From Limnothrix sp. BL-A-16 (GTDB taxonomy: Bacteria; Cyanobacteriota; Cyanobacteriia; CACIAM-69d), in NCBI GenBank assembly GCA_041937175.2, contig CP166615.1, forward strand, positions 3,328,001 to 3,392,000: a DNA stretch of 64,000 bases, in the 5' to 3' direction. Numbering within the stretch: position 1 is the stretch's first letter; every line of letters begins with the position of its first letter. The notes under the pieces were generated by a model. The model saw only the letters and a list, made by a program, of their open reading frames with translations. It did not search any database and was not told the DNA's origin. Positions 9,618 to 20,500 of this stretch are shown here, in pieces. The position numbers and the translations under genes were made by a program.

Positions 9618-12416
9618 CTAACTCCCATTGCCAAAAATGTCTAATTGGGCAATGGGCGGCTCTGAGGGGCTGTTTAGCTCATTAGATGTTTTTGAGTGAG
9701 TCCGAGGGCCAGTTTGGGCGGTTTTGCGCAGACCTACGGCGATTTTCGAGTGTTTTTCAATTTGGGCCATGATTTCGCGGGCCCGGGCGATCGTGCTGGG
9801 GGGCAACCCGGCCAGGCGGGCCGCTTCGATGCCGTAGGAGCGATCGGCTCCGCCCGGTTGCACCTGATGCAAAAACACAATGCGATCGGGCAATTCCTTG
9901 ACGGCCACTTGGTAGTTAGCCACGTTGTCGAGGAGGGTGGCCAGTTCGTTTAGCTCGTGGTAGTGGGTGGCAAAGATCGATCGAGCGCGCAGTTCGCTGG
10001 CCAAATATTCCGCCACGGACCAGGCGATCGCCAGGCCATCAAAGGTGGCCGTTCCGCGGCCAATTTCATCGAGCAAGACCAGGGATCGATCGGTGGCGTG
10101 GTTGAGAATATTGGCCGTTTCGTTCATTTCCACCATGAAGGTCGATTGCCCGGTGGCCAAGTCATCCACCGCCCCCACCCGGGTAAAGATCCGATCGCAA
10201 ATTCCCAAATGGGCCGCCTGGGCTGGCACGTAGGATCCCACCTGGGCCATGAGCTGAATCAGGCCCACTTGCCGCAAATAGCAACTTTTGCCGCTGGCGT
10301 TGGGCCCCGTCAGCACCACTAAATCGGGCAAAGGAGGCGGCACTGAATCGGGCGATCGATGAGCGGGATTCGGTGGTTGATCCGGCGGTTCAGGCAATGT
10401 ATTAATTGATACCTCCAAGTTGGCGATTGCTGGCGCATCTTGCTCGCTCCTCGCCCGATCGCCCGATGGCTCATACCCCAATTGGGTCGAGTTGGGCACA
10501 AAGAACCCTTCCGGTAAGGATTGTTCAACCACCGGGTGGCGACCCTGCTGAATCTCGATCGTGCGGCCTTGATCAATCACGGGTCGGCAATAGCCCCGGG
10601 CGATCGCCAGTTCGGCAAAATTGGTCAACACATCGATCGCCGCCACCGCCAGGGCCACCTTGCGAATTTGATCCGCCAGTTCCCCCGTGGCCGATCGCAA
10701 CTCACAGAAAATCTCGTATTCCAATCGGTTCAAATCTTCACGGGCCGACAAAATTCGCGCTTCCCGTTCCTTCAGCTCTGGGGTGATGTAGCGCTCTTCG
10801 TTCACGAGGGTTTGCTTGCGGATATAGTCCTCGGGCACGAGATCCACCTTGGCCCGGGACACACCAATGAAGTAGCCAAAGGTTTTGTTGTAGCCCACCT
10901 TCAGGGTGTGGATGCCGGTGCGTTGCCGCTCGATCGCCTCCAGGTTGGCCAGCCAGTCCCGATCGCCCGCCGACTGTTGGCGCATGGTGTCCAAGGCATG
11001 GTTCACGCCATCCCGAACGAGGCCGCCTTCGGTGACGGACAGGGGCGGTTCATCAATCAAATGGCTGCGGAGGCGATCGCCCAGTTGCTCCAGGGCCGAC
11101 GGCACCTGTTGCAACACGCGGAAATAGGGCGATCGGCCCCCGCCCACCACCTGGGCCAGCTCCGGCAACCGGCCCAGGGAATCCGCCAAGGCCACCAAGT
11201 CCCGGGCGTTGGCCGTGCCCGCGCCGGCCCGCCCCGCCAACCGCTCCAGGTCATACATTTCCCGCAGCAGCCGTTGCAGATCCTGGCGCAAGTCGGGCTG
11301 GTCAATCAGTTCCCCGATCGCCCCTTGGCGGGCCCGAATCCCATCCAAATCCAGCAAGGGTTGCAGCAACCAACGACGCAAAGCCCGACCGCCCATGGCC
11401 GTTACGGTGCGATCGAGCGCCCACAGTAGGGATCCAGTCAGGGTGCCATCGCGCACGGTTTGGACAATTTCCAAATTCCGGCGGGTTTGGTAATCCAGAA
11501 TTAAATAGTCTGTAATTTCGTAAGTTTTGAGCAGTTGCAGCGGAATTTCCCGGGTTTGGTCTTCGGAGCTGGGATGGGTTTCCGTGAGGTAGGTCAACAG
11601 CCCGCCCGCCGCCCGAGCCGCCAAGGGCCGCCGATCGCAGCCCACCCCTTCCAGCGATCGCAGCCGGAAGCGATCGAGTAACCGTTGCCTTGCTTCCGCC
11701 AGCCCAAACCGCGATTGGGGCCGCAGGGCATAGCAAAACTGGCCAGGCAACCAATCGGGAAAATCCCGCCCCTTCAGGTGCGATCGACTCTCGCCCGGCC
11801 GCAACAGCCCCACCAGATCCGGCGCATTCACCGGCACCAACACTTCCGACGGACTCAGGCGCAACAGCTCTTGCACCAAGGGATCCGGCTCTTCCCCTTG
11901 GGTGGCCCAAAATTCCCCAGTGGAAATGTCCGCGTAGGCCAAGCCCCAATGGCGACGCTCCAGCACGATCGCCGCCAAAAAGTTATTTTTGCGGGCCGCC
12001 AACATGCCCTCTTCGAGCACCGTCCCCGGCGTGAGAATTCGGGTCACCTCCCGCCGCACCAACCCCTGAGCTTCGGCCGCATCCTGGGTTTGGTCGCACA
12101 GGGCCACCGCATAGCCCTTTTCCACCAGTTGGGCCGCATAGCGCTCGATCGCATGGTGCGGCACACCGGCCATGGGCACTCGTCCAATATCTTTGCCGCC
12201 CTCCTTGGAGGTGAGCACCAACTCCAGCACCTCCGCGATCGTGCAGGCATCCTGGAAAAAGGTCTCGAAAAAGTCGCCCACCCGATAGAGCAACAGGGCT
12301 TGGGGATGTTGTTCTTTGACCGAGACATAGTGCTGCATCATCGGCGTGAGCTGATCGCGGTTCAGCGGCCGATAGTCAGCATTGGGAATCTCGCGCGGCG
12401 TGGCAGAGGCACTCAT
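9618..12416 (-). CDS. mutS: DNA mismatch repair protein MutS
   Basis: [18 protein letters not shown], Walker [34 protein letters not shown]. Confidence 0.98.
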   Translation of the reverse strand: MSASATPREIPNADYRPLNRDQLTPMMQHYVSVKEQHPQALLLYRVGDFFETFFQDACTIAEVLELVLTSKEGGKDIGRVPMAGVPHHAIERYAAQLVEKGYAVALCDQTQDAAEAQGLVRREVTRILTPGTVLEEGMLAARKNNFLAAIVLERRHWGLAYADISTGEFWATQGEEPDPLVQELLRLSPSEVLVPVNAPDLVGLLRPGESRSHLKGRDFPDWLPGQFCYALRPQSRFGLAEARQRLLDRFRLRSLEGVGCDRRPLAARAAGGLLTYLTETHPSSEDQTREIPLQLLKTYEITDYLILDYQTRRNLEIVQTVRDGTLTGSLLWALDRTVTAMGGRALRRWLLQPLLDLDGIRARQGAIGELIDQPDLRQDLQRLLREMYDLERLAGRAGAGTANARDLVALADSLGRLPELAQVVGGGRSPYFRVLQQVPSALEQLGDRLRSHLIDEPPLSVTEGGLVRDGVNHALDTMRQQSAGDRDWLANLEAIERQRTGIHTLKVGYNKTFGYFIGVSRAKVDLVPEDYIRKQTLVNEERYITPELKEREARILSAREDLNRLEYEIFCELRSATGELADQIRKVALAVAAIDVLTNFAELAIARGYCRPVIDQGRTIEIQQGRHPVVEQSLPEGFFVPNSTQLGYEPSGDRARSEQDAPAIANLEVSINTLPEPPDQPPNPAHRSPDSVPPPLPDLVVLTGPNASGKSCYLRQVGLIQLMAQVGSYVPAQAAHLGICDRIFTRVGAVDDLATGQSTFMVEMNETANILNHATDRSLVLLDEIGRGTATFDGLAIAWSVAEYLASELRARSIFATHYHELNELATLLDNVANYQVAVKELPDRIVFLHQVQPGGADRSYGIEAARLAGLPPSTIARAREIMAQIEKHSKIAVGLRKTAQTGPRTHSKTSNELNSPSEPPIAQLDIFGNGS

Positions 12417-12688
12417 ATGGCCAAAGGAGTCTTTCGGAATCTTTCATAGTATCGGGCAACGGTTGGTCGTGGGGGCTTCAGCCCGCCCAGCGCACCGGTT
12501 GAAACCGGCCCTGCGAACCGATCGATCGCCTGAGCTAGCATGGCCAGGACAAGCTTGGCTCCGTTGAACCAGCTCTTGAACCAGCCCTTGGACTCAGCCT
12601 CCGGCATCAAGCAACGGTTCAAGATGACTGTTCAAGACCACGATTCAACGGCCAGCTCTCAACTATCAGCAAGCAGGAGGAAACCACC

Positions 12689-14206
12689 ATGGGCCGGGCG
12701 ATCGAGCGAAGTTGTGTGGCAACAGCGATCGGGGTTGTGGTCTTGGGGGGTGCGCCCGCTTGGGCCCTGTCGGCCAGCCAGCGATCGGGCGATGCGGGCC
12801 CCAGCGTGGTGCGCTTGCAACGACAACTGAAAACCCTGGGTAATTATGGCGGCCCCCTCAATGGCCAGTTTGATAACGCCACGGCCGCCGCCTTGGAAGC
12901 CTTCCAGCGATCGCGGGGTCTCTATACCAAGGGGGCAGTGGACATTGTGACGAAGCGATCGCTCCTGGAAGCCACGGGGGCTGATTTAACCTTGGTGGCG
13001 AATTTGCAACCGGGCGATCGGGGCCCCAGCACCACAGAACTGCAACGGCTCCTGAATCGGTTGGGCTTTTTGGCCGCCGAACCCACTGGGTATTTTGACA
13101 GCCCCACTCGCCAAGCCCTGGAACGGTTTCAGCAATCCCTGAACCTGTCAACCACGGGTCATGTGGACTTGGCCACCATGCAGGCCCTGCGCGATCGGGC
13201 AGGCACCGACAGTGGCCAAGGAACCCCGGCCCGGCCCAACCGCCCGACCACCAGCCAACCGGCCACGGCCAGCAATGGCCTGGGGCCCGGCCAGCGGAGC
13301 GCCGCCGTTCGGCAACTGCAAACTCGCTTGCGCCAGTTGGGCTTTTTCAAAACCACGCCCACGGGGTTCTATGGGCCAATCACTAGCCGGGCGGTGCGAG
13401 CATTCCAACAGGCGGCGGGGTTGACCGCCACGGGCCGGGCAACGCCGGAAACCCTACGGGCGATCGAAACCCGGCTGGCGGCCCAACCGGCAAATCCCCG
13501 ATCGACCAATGCCCGATCGACCAATGGGCAACCCGCCGATCGCCAAGCAGTCAGCCCGCGATCGACCCAGCCCACCCCAGCCCAACCGGCCACCCCGGTC
13601 AACCCGCCCGATCGGCCGCCCATGCGGCCCCTCAATCCCGATTACCAAGCCTTGAAGCCCGGTGACAGCGGCGATCGGGTCAAGGCCCTTCAAGATCAGT
13701 TGCGAGCCTTGGGATTCCTCAAAGCCCGCAGCACCGGATTCTACGGCGACATCACCCAAGCGGCCGTCACCGCCTTCCAGCGATCGCGCCAATTACCTGC
13801 CACGGGCCAAGCCAGCCCCGCCACCCTGCGGGCCCTGTTTGGGGTCTCCAACGGCAGCCAACCCAGCCCTAGCCCCAACTCGGCAACACCAGCCCGCGCC
13901 GTCCCTGCCTTCCAGTCCCCTCGGCCCACCGCTGCCCCGCGAGCCGTTCCCAACAGCAGCCCCCGGGCCCAGCGATCGCCCAGTGCCCGCAACGATGATC
14001 GGTGGCTGATGCCGGGCGATCGAGGGGTGCGGGTCACGGCCCTGCAACAGCGCCTGGCCGCCCTCGGTCTCCTGGGGTTCGATCGGGTGAATGGGGTCTA
14101 TGACAACCTCACCGCCCAGGCCGTCATCAACTTCCAACGATCGCGGCGACTCAGCCCCACCGGCATTGCCGACCTAACCACCCAACGGGCCATGGGCCTG
14201 CTTTGA
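12689..14206 (+). CDS. Secreted protein with five peptidoglycan-binding (PG_binding_1) domains
   Basis: AGGAGG RBS, signal peptide ending APAWA, five GDxGxxVxxLQxxLxxLG...FQ repeats with Pro-rich linkers. Confidence 0.9.
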   Translation: MGRAIERSCVATAIGVVVLGGAPAWALSASQRSGDAGPSVVRLQRQLKTLGNYGGPLNGQFDNATAAALEAFQRSRGLYTKGAVDIVTKRSLLEATGADLTLVANLQPGDRGPSTTELQRLLNRLGFLAAEPTGYFDSPTRQALERFQQSLNLSTTGHVDLATMQALRDRAGTDSGQGTPARPNRPTTSQPATASNGLGPGQRSAAVRQLQTRLRQLGFFKTTPTGFYGPITSRAVRAFQQAAGLTATGRATPETLRAIETRLAAQPANPRSTNARSTNGQPADRQAVSPRSTQPTPAQPATPVNPPDRPPMRPLNPDYQALKPGDSGDRVKALQDQLRALGFLKARSTGFYGDITQAAVTAFQRSRQLPATGQASPATLRALFGVSNGSQPSPSPNSATPARAVPAFQSPRPTAAPRAVPNSSPRAQRSPSARNDDRWLMPGDRGVRVTALQQRLAALGLLGFDRVNGVYDNLTAQAVINFQRSRRLSPTGIADLTTQRAMGLL

Positions 14207-14270
14207 ATCAGCCTGCTTTGAAGTTGCCGCCTCACGCGATCGCCCCATCCTCCCCCTGGCTCCGTGCCCC

Positions 14271-14906
14271 ATGGAACTCCCTGAACCCCCGTCTCGGCCT
14301 CGCGCCCTCCCCCTCTGGCTGGAATGGACGATCGTTAGCAGCCTCGTGGCCGGAACCGTTGGCTTTGAACAACATCACCTGGCCTCCTGGCCCCAGTTTC
14401 CTTGGCTGCCCTGGTTGGGGCCCTTGCTGGGTGCGCCCTTTGTGGGGCTGGCCCAAGGTTTTGTGCTGCGATCGCACCTGCGCCGGGGCAAGGCTTGGGC
14501 CAAGGCCAGCGCGATCGGCCTCTGGGTGGGTCTGTCGGTGGGTGGCCTGATGATCTGGTTGGCGCAGCGGTCGCCATCGGGCAATTTCTCAATTCTGCTA
14601 GCGGCCTTCCCGATCGCCGCCGCCATCCAAGGAGCTTTCCAAGCGCCCGTCCTGCGATCGCGCGTCCAGCATCCCAACCGCTGGATTTTGATCTGTGCCC
14701 TGGCCTGGTTTGTGAACCTTTTCCCCATGTTGGTTTTTGGGGCCATGAGCCTGGACTGGCTGGAGGGCGCAATTGTCCCTGCGAGCTACACCCTGCTGAA
14801 TGGTCTCCTGAGCGGGGCGATCGTTGGGTTAATTCGGGGCGTTGGCCTCAGCCTGCTGCTCTATCCCCCATCCCCCCGGCAGCCGGCCCAATCGTCCGGA
14901 TCTTGA
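14271..14906 (+). CDS. Hypothetical integral membrane protein
   Basis: 211 aa with about six hydrophobic segments and a repeated GxxQxxVLR motif. Confidence 0.75.
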   Translation: MELPEPPSRPRALPLWLEWTIVSSLVAGTVGFEQHHLASWPQFPWLPWLGPLLGAPFVGLAQGFVLRSHLRRGKAWAKASAIGLWVGLSVGGLMIWLAQRSPSGNFSILLAAFPIAAAIQGAFQAPVLRSRVQHPNRWILICALAWFVNLFPMLVFGAMSLDWLEGAIVPASYTLLNGLLSGAIVGLIRGVGLSLLLYPPSPRQPAQSSGS

Positions 14907-15032
14907 CGGAGCGATCGCCCGAAGAAGGCAGCCCATAGCAACGCCCCCCAGAACAGCCCCAGACCCCAGAACAGCCCCAGAATCGTTTTGAACACTTTCT
15001 AGACAATTCCTAGAAAATTTTTTCTGAAACCC

Positions 15033-15061
15033 TTGACAAATCAAAAAACTCTTGGCATTCT
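15033..15061 (+). promoter_or_regulatory. Sigma70-type promoter of tRNA-Gly
   Basis: TTGACA, 17-nt spacer, CATTCT. AT-rich upstream element, about 20 nt before the tRNA. Confidence 0.65.
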
Positions 15062-15080
15062 ACTAAAGCGTCAAACGCAA

Positions 15081-15152
15081 GCGGGTGTAGCTCAGTGGTA
15101 GAGCGTCACCTTGCCAAGGTGAATGTCGCGCGTTCGAATCGCGTCACCCGCT
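15081..15152 (+). tRNA. tRNA-Gly (GCC)
   Basis: Acceptor stem GCGGGTG/CACCCGC, anticodon stem TCACC/GGTGA with loop TTGCCAA, T-loop TTCGAAT. CCA is not encoded. Confidence 0.98.
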
Positions 15153-15178
15153 TTTTTTAAGACCGAAAAAGCTTCGAG

Positions 15179-15213
15179 AGCGGCTGGTTAGTAACATCTA
15201 ATCAGCCGCTTTT
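15179..15213 (+). terminator. Intrinsic terminator after tRNA-Gly
   Basis: AGCGGCTGGTTAG-loop-CTAATCAGCCGCT followed by T run. Confidence 0.75.
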
Positions 15214-15232
15214 GTTGATCGGGAGCCTTGCG

Positions 15233-15484
15233 ATGTTATTGCCCCAAGCGATTCGCGATTACGTCAAAGCCCAGTTCCCGATCGAGCAGCAAGAAACCGT
15301 GCTGGGGATTTTGGTGAACTATCCCCAAGACCCGGCCGCCACTGCCCACACGGAGCAAGTGTTGATGGCGGCGTTGACCCTGGCGGGTAGCAACTTGGGA
15401 CAGTTGAAGGCCTATGTGGAAGTGGCGATCGAGGATGAGGCGGAACTGTTGGGTTGGGCCGCAGCAGCAGGAATGCACCCCTAA
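15233..15484 (+). CDS. Small hypothetical protein (83 aa)
   Basis: GGAG RBS, helical composition, host-like codon use. Stop overlaps the ribD stop convergently. Confidence 0.7.
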   Translation: MLLPQAIRDYVKAQFPIEQQETVLGILVNYPQDPAATAHTEQVLMAALTLAGSNLGQLKAYVEVAIEDEAELLGWAAAAGMHP

Positions 15485-16629
15485 TCGGTTCTCTTGACAG
15501 GGCGTAAGTAGCCCTCGATCGCGAAGTCTTGGCCCACCGATCGCCAGGTGATCCGCTCCAGGGCGATCGCGTCGCCCATTTGCGTTAGCCCCAAATCGCC
15601 CACCGGGGACGGAGCCGCCACCCCGCCAACAATTTTGGGCGCGATAAATGCCAGGATTTTTTGCACCGATCCATCGGCGATCGCCTGGGCCGACAGGGCC
15701 CCGCCACATTCCCACAACACCGATAGAAATTGCCGCTGATTCAGCACCTCGATCGCCCGGGCCGGCGACAGATCCGGCACTTCTTGCACCTCAACACCCC
15801 GATCGCGCAACCAAGCCTGCATTTCCGGATTTGCGCCCGGCAAAGTCAGCACCAAAGTTGGCGCTTCCGACGGCTCCCACAGGTGCAAAATTCGACCATC
15901 GGCCGTAGTTTGGGGCAACTCCAGCCGCCGGGTCATCACCACCCGCAGCGGATCGTGACTGTCCAGGCCGTGGCTGGTGAGTTTGGGGTTATCGCGCCGC
16001 ACCGTGTTGCCCCCCACAATCACCGCATCGCAACCGGCCCGCAAACGATGCACCTCCGCCCGGGCCTGCTCATCGGTCACCCAAGCGCTGTGGCCGTGGG
16101 TGGTGGCGATTTTGCCATCGAGGGTCATGGCATATTTCAAAATGCCCAGGGGCCGACCCTGCTGAATGCGATAAAAAAACGGCTCATTCAGGCGATCGCA
16201 CGCGGCCCGTTCCACCCCCACCAGGGTTTCAATGCCCGCCGCATTCAACGTGGCGATGCCCTGGCCCGCCACCTGGGGGTTCGGATCCACCGTCCCAATC
16301 ACCACCTTAGCCACGCCCGCTTCCACCAGCGCCTTGGAACAGGGCGGCGTGCGGCCGTAGTGATTGCAGGGTTCAAGGCTGACATACACCGTGGCTCCCC
16401 GCGCCCGATCGCCCGCGGCCCGCAAGGCAAACACCTCCGCATGGGGCTGGCCCGCGCCGGGATGGAACCCTTCGCCCACCACTTCCGTACCCTGCACAAT
16501 CACGCTACCCACCATTGGGTTGGGGGCCGTGCGCCCCAGGGCCTGACGGGCCAACTCCAAACAACGGCGCATCATTGCCCGATCGAACTCGGTGGCAGCG
16601 GGGGCATCGACGGCGACAAACTCAAACAT
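15481..16629 (-). CDS. ribD: Riboflavin biosynthesis deaminase/reductase RibD
   Basis: PNPMVG, HAE, LEPCNHYGRTPPC, KYAMTLDGKIA, WECGG. Confidence 0.97.
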   Translation of the reverse strand: MFEFVAVDAPAATEFDRAMMRRCLELARQALGRTAPNPMVGSVIVQGTEVVGEGFHPGAGQPHAEVFALRAAGDRARGATVYVSLEPCNHYGRTPPCSKALVEAGVAKVVIGTVDPNPQVAGQGIATLNAAGIETLVGVERAACDRLNEPFFYRIQQGRPLGILKYAMTLDGKIATTHGHSAWVTDEQARAEVHRLRAGCDAVIVGGNTVRRDNPKLTSHGLDSHDPLRVVMTRRLELPQTTADGRILHLWEPSEAPTLVLTLPGANPEMQAWLRDRGVEVQEVPDLSPARAIEVLNQRQFLSVLWECGGALSAQAIADGSVQKILAFIAPKIVGGVAAPSPVGDLGLTQMGDAIALERITWRSVGQDFAIEGYLRPVKRTD

Positions 16630-16743
16630 AGGACGAGACAGGAGCAAGGGCGATCGCGATCGAATCCGCGATTCTTTCAACCAAATGGTAAAGGCAGAGG
16701 CCCATCCACCCTCCAAAATTGCCCAATTCTGTTCTGAAGTGCC

Positions 16744-17499
16744 TTACCCGTCCGCTGGTCGATCGGGATCGATGCCCAGGGCGCGTAACTGTTCCGCGAG
16801 GCGATCGGCTCGTTGGCGTTCCTGTTCAGCCCGTTGGCGTTCCTGTTCAGCCCGTTGGCGTTCTTCCTCGGCCCGTTGGGTGGCGGCTTCGGCACGCGAT
16901 CGCTCGTTCACCAGTTGCTCGCCCAATTCCGCATAGGTCAAAAAGGGCTGACCGTTGGGCTGAAACAGATTCAGGCTGGTTTCGGTGAATTCAAAACGGA
17001 TGCCCAAGCGTGGACTCACCCAATTTTCCATGGACTCGATCGGGGTCAGCCAGGGTGTCGGCGCTTCCCCGCGCAAAAACCCACTGAGTTCATGGCGATC
17101 GGGGTCGTAAAGGTAATATTCCTCGACTCCATGGCGATCGTAAAACGTCTGTTTTTTCAGCATTTCTGCTAATCGATTGCCGGGCGACAAAATCTCGAAC
17201 ACCACCTGCGGGGCGATGTTTCCTTCGCGCCATTGCATATAGGAACCCCGATCGCCCTTGGCCACCCCAAACACCACCATCACATCGGGCGCTTGGCGGG
17301 TTTTGTTGTCGCCTTCCACGGGATACCAAAGCAAGTCGCCGGCCACAAACACCTGATCATTCTGGGCAAAAATCCAATCCAGATTGCCTTGAATGACGGA
17401 AATCCAGCGAAATTGTTGGGTGTTGTCTGCCATTGGTTGGCCGTCGCTGTCGGGATAGATCACCGCTGGGGACGCTTGCGGATCCAGTTGAGCAATCAT
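16744..17499 (-). CDS. Uma2 family (DUF820) endonuclease-like protein
   Basis: YPDSDGQPMADN, APDVMVVFG, FEILSPGN, and a C-terminal RAEQERQ coiled-coil repeat. Confidence 0.92.
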   Translation of the reverse strand: MIAQLDPQASPAVIYPDSDGQPMADNTQQFRWISVIQGNLDWIFAQNDQVFVAGDLLWYPVEGDNKTRQAPDVMVVFGVAKGDRGSYMQWREGNIAPQVVFEILSPGNRLAEMLKKQTFYDRHGVEEYYLYDPDRHELSGFLRGEAPTPWLTPIESMENWVSPRLGIRFEFTETSLNLFQPNGQPFLTYAELGEQLVNERSRAEAATQRAEEERQRAEQERQRAEQERQRADRLAEQLRALGIDPDRPADG

Positions 17500-17575
17500 C
17501 GGGTGGGCCTCGCGGGTGTTGCGGTTGCGGTTTGGGCCGTGGCTCCCATTGTGCCGATTCGGGTTGGGTGGAGCC

Positions 17576-20500
17576 TCAGGAAATTCGCGGTTGATGCACT
17601 GATTCGGCGGGCATTTGTTGCACGATTTCCATGGTTTTGATGCTAACGGTGCAAACGCGCTGGATCAAATCGATCGCCCGTTCTTTGTAGTCGGCAAAGC
17701 GATAGGTGTTGAACAATTCGCGAATGGTGGGATCTTTGGGCGTTTTTTCTTTGTGTTGATCCAAGACCCATTCGATCGCGCTGCGGTTGCCAAGTTTGTA
17801 GTCCCAGGCGATCGGGGGAATGCCGCTGAGGGTGGTGAGCCGATCGATTTGAATGGTTCCCTTTGCTTTGTCGGCTTTTAGTTTGGGTGGGTTGGCTTTG
17901 TCGTCGGGGGGCAGGTCGGTGCGATCGAGCGGGTAGGGTTCGATCGTTTCGTAGTTGATGTGCCAATCCATCAGGTCGCGGCCCCAGTTTGCCCATTGCC
18001 AAAAGTCTTCGTAAAGGGGCAGTCGGGGAAAGTCGCGTTTGAGGTTAATTTCGTATTTTTGCCGATAGGCGGGATGGTGCAAAACGGCGTAGGTGTAATG
18101 GAAAATATCAAGCCGTTGAATCTGGGAATCCTGATAGTTTTCGCGGAATTGTTGCAGCGCCCAATCGGTGATGTTTTCGCTGCGATTGCCGTCGCGATCG
18201 TAGGTATAAATTGGTAGGCACTGTGTACCACCTGACGCGGGACTAATACAGTTTAAATCGGGTATTAAATCAGTACAAATTACAGAAAATGGCTTGCCTT
18301 CCGGTTGTCCCATGAATCCAATTAGAAAATTTTTAGATTCTAGAGCTGGATAGAGAGAGAAAACTTGATAGGTCATGCCATTAAAATGCCTATCAAAATA
18401 TAAGTATTGAGCGCAGAAGTAACGATAAAGAGACTTTCTCACTGAAGATTCTGAGAAATTCTTTTGAACTTTATTTCCTAAATATTTTTCGGTTTCGCGA
18501 TCCCACTTGATATCAAGAGATTCGCGGCGTTTGCCAGTTTTTAGGCGCTCTTGATAGGCAGCGATCATGTATTTGACTTTCTGCTCAAGATGTTCACGCG
18601 AGAAATCATAAACCCACTCATCTCGCTGGGTTGCAACACCTCGTGAAAATAGACGAAAGATCGCTTGATCGCCCCGGCCTGCCTTCACTTCTTTATCCAC
18701 CAACGGCAACAACACATCAAAATCATTATCCGTCTGATTAATCCAGTTTTGTTTGGCATCAGGCTTGATCCGCACCATCTCGGACTTTGCCAGCAATTTC
18801 AGCGAACTTTCAGCCAAAAACCGCAGCTTTTCCTTAGCCGTCGCCATTTCCGGCTGATCGATATAGAAAATTCGGCAATTGCGTTTTTCGCCCGCTTCAA
18901 CCGGCAATTTCACACAAAAAGCGATCGCCACACCCGCTTGAATCCCAAAAACATTGTGCGTCGTGCCCGAAAGCTTCGGATTTTCGCGAACATCACCCCC
19001 CAAATCAATCAAATAAATATAGTCAAATTCTTCTGAACAACACTTCCGAAACCCATCAAAAGCACGGGAGTTAATAAACGATCGATTCGTAATAAATGCA
19101 ATAATTCCCTGACCACGCAGGCGATCCACTGCCCAGCGATAAAACCGCACATACATATCGTAAACAGCGATCTGATTTTGAGCTGTTCCTTTTTTGATGT
19201 AGGTTTCCTTAACCCGTTGATCAATTTCCTTGTAAGGACGATTCGGATTACGGAGATTAAAATTTTCCTGCCAAGCGTTGTAGGGCGGATTGCCAATAAT
19301 CACCGTCAAATCTTCCGCATTTTGCCGCCGAATCCGTTCCGTGTTTTCCACCGAAATCGAAAACAGATCCTTTTGCTCCTCCTTCAGTCCCGCATGATCC
19401 AACGTATCCAAAAAACAAATATTGTTAAATTCCTCGTAGTTTTTCGTTTTCTGCTGATAGCAATATTCAATATTCAAATTCGCAATGTAGTACGGCAAAA
19501 TCGCCACCTCATTGCAAAACAAATCCTCTCGATATTTTTGCTCTAGCGTTGGTGGCGATAAATATTCAATCAACTCCGTAATAAACGTCCCCGTCCCCGT
19601 CGCCGGATCGAGAATCTTCACCCCTAGCTCTGACAAATACCGATTGAAGTGTTTCTCTAGTAGGTGATCCGTTCCCTCAATCATGAACTTCACAATCTCC
19701 GACGGCGTGTAGACAATCCCCAGCCGATCGGCCGCCTTCGGGTTATAGGCCTTATAGAAATTCTCGTAAACCGACTTCAGAAACTCTTGCTTCTCGTGAT
19801 GATCCGAGATCGCCGCCGATCGCTGCCGAATAATTCCGTAATAGTGGTTGATCGACTTCAGCACATTTCGCCGCAACCCACCCGTAAAAAACGTGTCCAC
19901 CACCGATTGCACTTGCCGCGCAATGTTGTTATCCCGGTGAAATTGCGCGTCATTAAACACATTCAGGAAAATATCCTCAGACAAAATATGCTGAATCAAA
20001 ATTTCCTGAATATCAAACAATGTGATTTGCGGATTAATTGAGGTTTTGCAGGTTTCCCAAAACCGATCGCGCAACTCCAAAAACTGCTGATTGCTGGTTT
20101 CTTCTTGGGCGATCGTCTCCCGCAACACCTCCACAATTTGCGGCAAATCCTCCCGAAACTTCTCGATCGCCTGCCGGAATCCCTTCACCTCCGGCCGCTC
20201 ATAATCCAAAAACTGATTCAGGCAACGATCCAACGCCGCCGCATCCGCTAATTCAATCCGAAAGGCTTCCTCACCGCTTTGAATGAGAACCGCCTTTTCG
20301 GTATTTTCAAATAAAATATTGTCGTCGGGATAGCCCTTTTCAAATTTGGCGGCGATTTCCCGATCTAAATCGTCCTTGGTGTCCTTCGCTTCCCAGTAGC
20401 CCAAATCGAACCGCAGGGCATTTTTCACCACCCCATCAAACTTGATGATGTTGCCTCGGGCTGTGCGAGTCGCAATTTCTTCGACCAATCGATAGTTACG

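Noticed and set aside
16811..16880. 21-bp tandem repeat
   Set aside because: It encodes the ordinary RAEQERQ coiled-coil tail of the Uma2 protein.
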